IMG/VR virus record: IMGVR_UViG_3300020036_009553
Coordinates: 1 to 64,000 of that record
Direction: 5' to 3' (one strand)
Length of the DNA stretch: 64,000 nucleotides
From: a virus
Taxonomy: Duplodnaviria > Caudoviricetes
In this document: in pieces, positions 60,318 to 64,000 of the stretch
Numbering within the stretch: position 1 is the first letter of the stretch
Layout: every line of letters begins with the position of its first letter
The notes under the pieces: generated by a model
What the model saw: only the letters and a program-made list of their open reading frames with translations
Told to the model about the DNA's origin: nothing
The model's database searches: none
Translations under genes and position numbers: made by a program

Positions 60318-60563
60318 ATGTCCAATCCCAACTCCAAAGAACTTTCCTCAAGGGATGCGCAAGCAATGCACCGCGATGCGCAACGTAACAAGTTTGCAGC
60401 TCTCAGGGCCGACACCCGCATCCATGTGTTCGATGGCTCCACATTGGTTGCTACTGTAGCTGACAAGGATGAGCTGGTCCGTCGTCGGCTGGAGTGGTTC
60501 AAGCTGCAGCACCCATTCATCATGGCAGCATCGGGGGATGAAATCAGCTTGCGCAGTCTCTAA
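60318..60563 (+). CDS. hypothetical protein
   Basis: AAGGA RBS. Confidence 0.5.
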   Translation: MSNPNSKELSSRDAQAMHRDAQRNKFAALRADTRIHVFDGSTLVATVADKDELVRRRLEWFKLQHPFIMAASGDEISLRSL

Positions 60564-60712
60564 TATCCATCCACTAGTAAACATTCTACGTCATATGCAA
60601 GACAAGGGATGTTTACTAGTGGAACCGTGTTGTAATGGAGTCGCAATCACCACGAGCTCGACTATATTAGTTTTGCTTCGTATCTGGCAATCTTTCCAAG
60701 GAGTTCTATGCC

Positions 60713-61024
60713 ATGACGATTAGAGCGTTTACCAGGATAGCTGGAACCCTGAAAGAATCCGTGGAAGATGGTGCCTCTCCACAATTTTTCCTATCCGAGC
60801 TCTACGATCGTGGGGATCTCCTTCAGCTAATGAAGTATGAGGCTATGGAAACAATGTGCGAGATCATAGCTTCTCATGGGAATGGAACATATGATGTTCG
60901 GTTTGAGGACGGCCACGTCCTCAACAAGGTCCGGCATCATTTCCTCAATGGAGTAACCGAGCACGGGCTGGCGGTGTCGTGGACAACACTTCAAGCTAGT
61001 GACGATTGTGTGCTACTGGGATAA
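60713..61024 (+). CDS. hypothetical protein
   Basis: AAGGAG upstream; GNGTYDVRFEDG. Confidence 0.5.
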   Translation: MTIRAFTRIAGTLKESVEDGASPQFFLSELYDRGDLLQLMKYEAMETMCEIIASHGNGTYDVRFEDGHVLNKVRHHFLNGVTEHGLAVSWTTLQASDDCVLLG

Positions 61025-61275
61025 AGGAAGCCTACAACATGTGGTCATTTTCAATAGACGTGTTTTATCTTTGAGCCTTCTCCGTCTGCCCTATAAATGA
61101 CTTACAAAGTCAAATTTGCCCTTTGAAGTTAGAAACATCATCTTCAATCCAATGTAGAAATTGTACTTGGTTGTCTCTGTGAAATCAACAGGGAAGAACT
61201 GCCCTATTGACTTTTTGTCCATCTTGTTGTATAATGGTTCTTGTCAACTGACAAACAACTCGAGGAGAAAATGAG

Positions 61276-61548
61276 ATGGTACCAATTGGGCGGAGATTAA
61301 AAGGGTGCATTCAACGAGTTGCAAAAACAGAAGAAGTGGTGATCGATAATCCGTTGATTTTCAACGATAAAAGGAAAACTTTTCGGCGGTTGAAATGGTG
61401 GGGTGGGTATGGGTGTTATTATAAACAAAACAGGGAAAGGTTTTTTCAAAAACTTGATGAAGAAGTCAAGAGGGAATTTGGTAACGAGTTGATTGTTGCC
61501 CAAGTTGACGGTGAATCGTATTGTGTGCATATTCACTTGAATAATTGA
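61276..61548 (+). CDS. hypothetical protein (F[ND]DKR...RRLKWW family)
   Basis: Paralog of 62023 and 49380. Confidence 0.6.
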   Translation: MVPIGRRLKGCIQRVAKTEEVVIDNPLIFNDKRKTFRRLKWWGGYGCYYKQNRERFFQKLDEEVKREFGNELIVAQVDGESYCVHIHLNN

Positions 61549-61628
61549 CAAAAGTCAACGTTGATGTTTGGCAAGAATCATGTATAATGGTTCTTGTCAA
61601 CTGACAAACAACTTGAGGAGAACACGAG

Positions 61629-61901
61629 ATGCCCAAAACCAAGAAAAACGAGAAAGTTGTTTTTACTGTTGCTGTTCCTGTAACGGATGCCAAACTTCAG
61701 ACCTTCATCAATAAGATCAACAAATACTGGCTGGATGAGGATGATGAGAGACTGACGCTTGAACGGGTTGTAAATGATGTTTCTCTGTTGACTTACATTT
61801 GCGAATCTGCTGTTGAAGATGGAGTCGCGATGTATGACCCAGAAACTTTTGCAGGAGAAGGGGATGGGTGGTGTGACTGGAAGGATTATGTGACAAAATA
61901 A
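61629..61901 (+). CDS. hypothetical protein
   Basis: Hairpin promoter, GAGGAG RBS, terminator after it. Confidence 0.6.
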   Translation: MPKTKKNEKVVFTVAVPVTDAKLQTFINKINKYWLDEDDERLTLERVVNDVSLLTYICESAVEDGVAMYDPETFAGEGDGWCDWKDYVTK

Positions 61902-62022
61902 CATTAAAGAAAAAGGGGGCTGATTGCTTGCTCCCTTTTTGTTATCGGTTACGTTGACTTCTTCAGGTGGTTGGTATATAATCGTCCTTGTCGATTGACA
62001 AACAACGTTTACGGAAGGACAT

Positions 62023-62322
62023 ATGATGGCAACCAATACCAGTCGTTTTCATGATTGCATCGTTCGTACGAGGACTGATGCTAACCGGAACGTAACCGTA
62101 GCAATCTTCGATGACAAGCGGGTACATGGCCGTCGTCTGAAGTGGTGGGACGGATATCATGAATACCAAGGCAATGACAAGGAACTGTTTTTCAAGCGGC
62201 TTGACGAGGAGGTTCGGAAAGAATTCGGCAGACTGGTCAAAGCAACCAGGATCAAAAAGGATCAGAACAAATATTCGGGCGGCAACTGCATTTCGTATTG
62301 TCTGTATCTTCATAACAGCTGA
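62023..62322 (+). CDS. hypothetical protein (F[ND]DKR...RRLKWW family)
   Basis: FFKRLDEEVRKEFG, similar to FFQKLDEEVKREFG in 61276. Confidence 0.6.
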   Translation: MMATNTSRFHDCIVRTRTDANRNVTVAIFDDKRVHGRRLKWWDGYHEYQGNDKELFFKRLDEEVRKEFGRLVKATRIKKDQNKYSGGNCISYCLYLHNS

Positions 62323-62400
62323 CAACTGTTGACAAGGCAAGGACGATGTTGTATAATCGTCCTTGTCGATTGACAAACAACATTCACAAAGGAAACATCA

Positions 62401-62595
62401 ATGAAAACATCCTTCAACTTCAACCTGTTCGTCTTTTGGGTAATTACGCTTTTGTTCGGTTTGTCGGCGGCAAATGCATCGGTGACCGTCGTGAACGAAG
62501 TTCCTGAGCCATCCACGATGTTCATGGTCGTTCTTGCCGTTGCGATCATGTTCGTCTGCGACTACCTTGGCCGTCGTTTCCATCGTCGATCGTAA
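62401..62595 (+). CDS. minimal PEP-CTERM protein
   Basis: Signal peptide, 7 residues, then VPEPST + transmembrane helix + RRFHRR. Confidence 0.75.
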   Translation: MKTSFNFNLFVFWVITLLFGLSAANASVTVVNEVPEPSTMFMVVLAVAIMFVCDYLGRRFHRRS

Positions 62596-62605
62596 TCGTT
62601 GTCAG

Positions 62606-63067
62606 TTGATGGAGTCATTGGAGTATAATGGCTCCATCAACTGACAACAACCAAGGAGAAACAAAATGAAAACCATCACAGCAACAGGAGAATTTGTGGT
62701 ATCATTCAACTGCTCGTTTGGTGGTATTGACTGTGGTGAGTCCAACAGGTACACGGTGGATTATGCAGGGGATGATGTATCTTCCCTTGCAAGGGAAGTC
62801 ATTGATGATGATCCAAACTTCCCCATGGACTTCATCACAAAAGCACAAGCTGCTGAAATGCTTGGTCCTCACGATGAGGATAATTGGGCGGTGAGTCTGC
62901 CTGATTTTGTTGTGGGGGTATTTGTTGAGAAAGGAAACGAGCTCACATGGCCTGTTGCCATAATGGTTTCATCCAAATACTTCTAACAGCCGTTGACTTG
63001 ATGGAGTCATTGGAGTATAATGGCTCCATCAACTGACAACAACCAAGGAGAAACAAAATGAAAACCA
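62606..63067 (+). repeat. identical 70-bp promoter-RBS-start repeats (62606-62675, 62998-63067)
   Basis: TTGATGGAGTCATTGGAGTATAATGGCTCCATCAACTGACAACAACCAAGGAGAAACAAAATGAAAACCA twice. Confidence 0.9.
62666..62986 (+). CDS. acidic hypothetical protein
   Basis: Cassette gene with AAGGAG RBS. Confidence 0.6.
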   Translation: MKTITATGEFVVSFNCSFGGIDCGESNRYTVDYAGDDVSSLAREVIDDDPNFPMDFITKAQAAEMLGPHDEDNWAVSLPDFVVGVFVEKGNELTWPVAIMVSSKYF

Positions 63068-63288
63068 CCACTCAAACTCAGTTTCAACAAATTGACGGCT
63101 ATCTTTCATTGGAGGAAGCCACCGCAAGTTTGGTACACGTTGCGAAGTGCATGCAATCCACCCACACCGCCGCATCCTTCAACAGCAACAAAGACATCCA
63201 AGTTCGCCTGTTTGATGCGAGAAAAGCAAGTGTCAGAGTTCTCCTTAGCCTGATCGAACAGTATATTGACCAAATACCTGACGAGTAA
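63058..63288 (+). CDS. hypothetical protein
   Basis: Cassette gene with AAGGAG RBS. Confidence 0.6.
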   Translation: MKTTTQTQFQQIDGYLSLEEATASLVHVAKCMQSTHTAASFNSNKDIQVRLFDARKASVRVLLSLIEQYIDQIPDE

Positions 63289-63356
63289 TTTGTGTTGACT
63301 TCTGTTGTTAGTTATTGTATACTTTGTTTTTCAACTAACAACAGAAGGAAAACAAA

Positions 63357-63773
63357 ATGTTTTCAAAAAGAATGTACATTAACGATGGTGACATGGGCAC
63401 TTTTGTTGGTGAACAAGTTGTTGGTTTAACGGAAACGTGGGTTAATAGTGATGGAACAACAACTGAATTTGATTACTGGAAGGAGTTGTTTGAAAATCAC
63501 TTTGTTGTGTACAACAACAAAGAGGAGTGCTTGAAAGAGTTTAATGAATGTGTTTTTGATGAAGATAAACATTTTAAGACTGACAAGGAATACTTTAGTA
63601 ACATGAAACGTATCAGTAACGTAAAACGTATGATTACGTTGTTGTGTGAAAAAGAAGAAGGGAAACAGGGCAAGTGGTTTGTTGGAGGAAACGGGGAATA
63701 TGATGTTATTGTTATTGTTGGGTTTGAGTTTGAAAGTGATAACGATGAACAAATAACATATTACGAAGAATAA
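63357..63773 (+). CDS. acidic hypothetical protein
   Basis: Promoter and AAGGA RBS. Confidence 0.6.
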   Translation: MFSKRMYINDGDMGTFVGEQVVGLTETWVNSDGTTTEFDYWKELFENHFVVYNNKEECLKEFNECVFDEDKHFKTDKEYFSNMKRISNVKRMITLLCEKEEGKQGKWFVGGNGEYDVIVIVGFEFESDNDEQITYYEE

Positions 63774-64000
63774 GTGTAACAAAACGAAAAGAACTGTACT
63801 GTACAGTTCTTTTCGTTGTCTTCTCTGGTTAGGCTCAGTAATTGACTAGTAAACATTTAAGACCCTGAAACATCCAAGGGGATTGGAGTAATGATTGATC
63901 GCAAGGGATCGAACAGATACTCAACAGGGCATGTGATAAGTATAACTAATAAAAGAGAGAGAGAATTAATCTCTCTCTCTCTTCTCTCTTCTTCTTATTT

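Overview
This 64 kb window reads as part of a large lytic T4-type dsDNA phage genome. Evidence: rIIA/rIIB, an SF2 helicase, TATAAATA-type late promoters, dozens of consensus sigma70 promoters, dense + strand coding in the standard code, and tRNAs. The left part (1-31 kb) holds nucleotide-metabolism genes (dCTP deaminase/dUTPase, DEDDh exonuclease, phosphoribosyltransferase, NUDIX), 7-deazaguanine genes (queE, queD-like), acidic head-type proteins and two PEP-CTERM genes. It also holds a radical SAM/SPASM enzyme split over three separated genes, followed by four MKxRxGFVSNSSSSSFI proteins and a metallophosphoesterase. A ~2 kb non-coding block (31.1-33.2 kb) with a compositional switch separates this from the right part. 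The right part has two interrupted tRNAs (one group I intron, one unclassified HNH-encoding insertion), rIIAB, and a ~21 kb array of single-gene cassettes, many with a hairpin centred on the promoter -10 box. That array includes a mini type IV pilin, a minimal PEP-CTERM protein, three secreted Cys-rich peptides, and a 1 kb ORF-free block with two strong-RBS start-stop minigenes. A GC-rich, PEP-CTERM/exosortase-using proteobacterial host is an inference. All calls come from reading motifs by eye; no searches were run.
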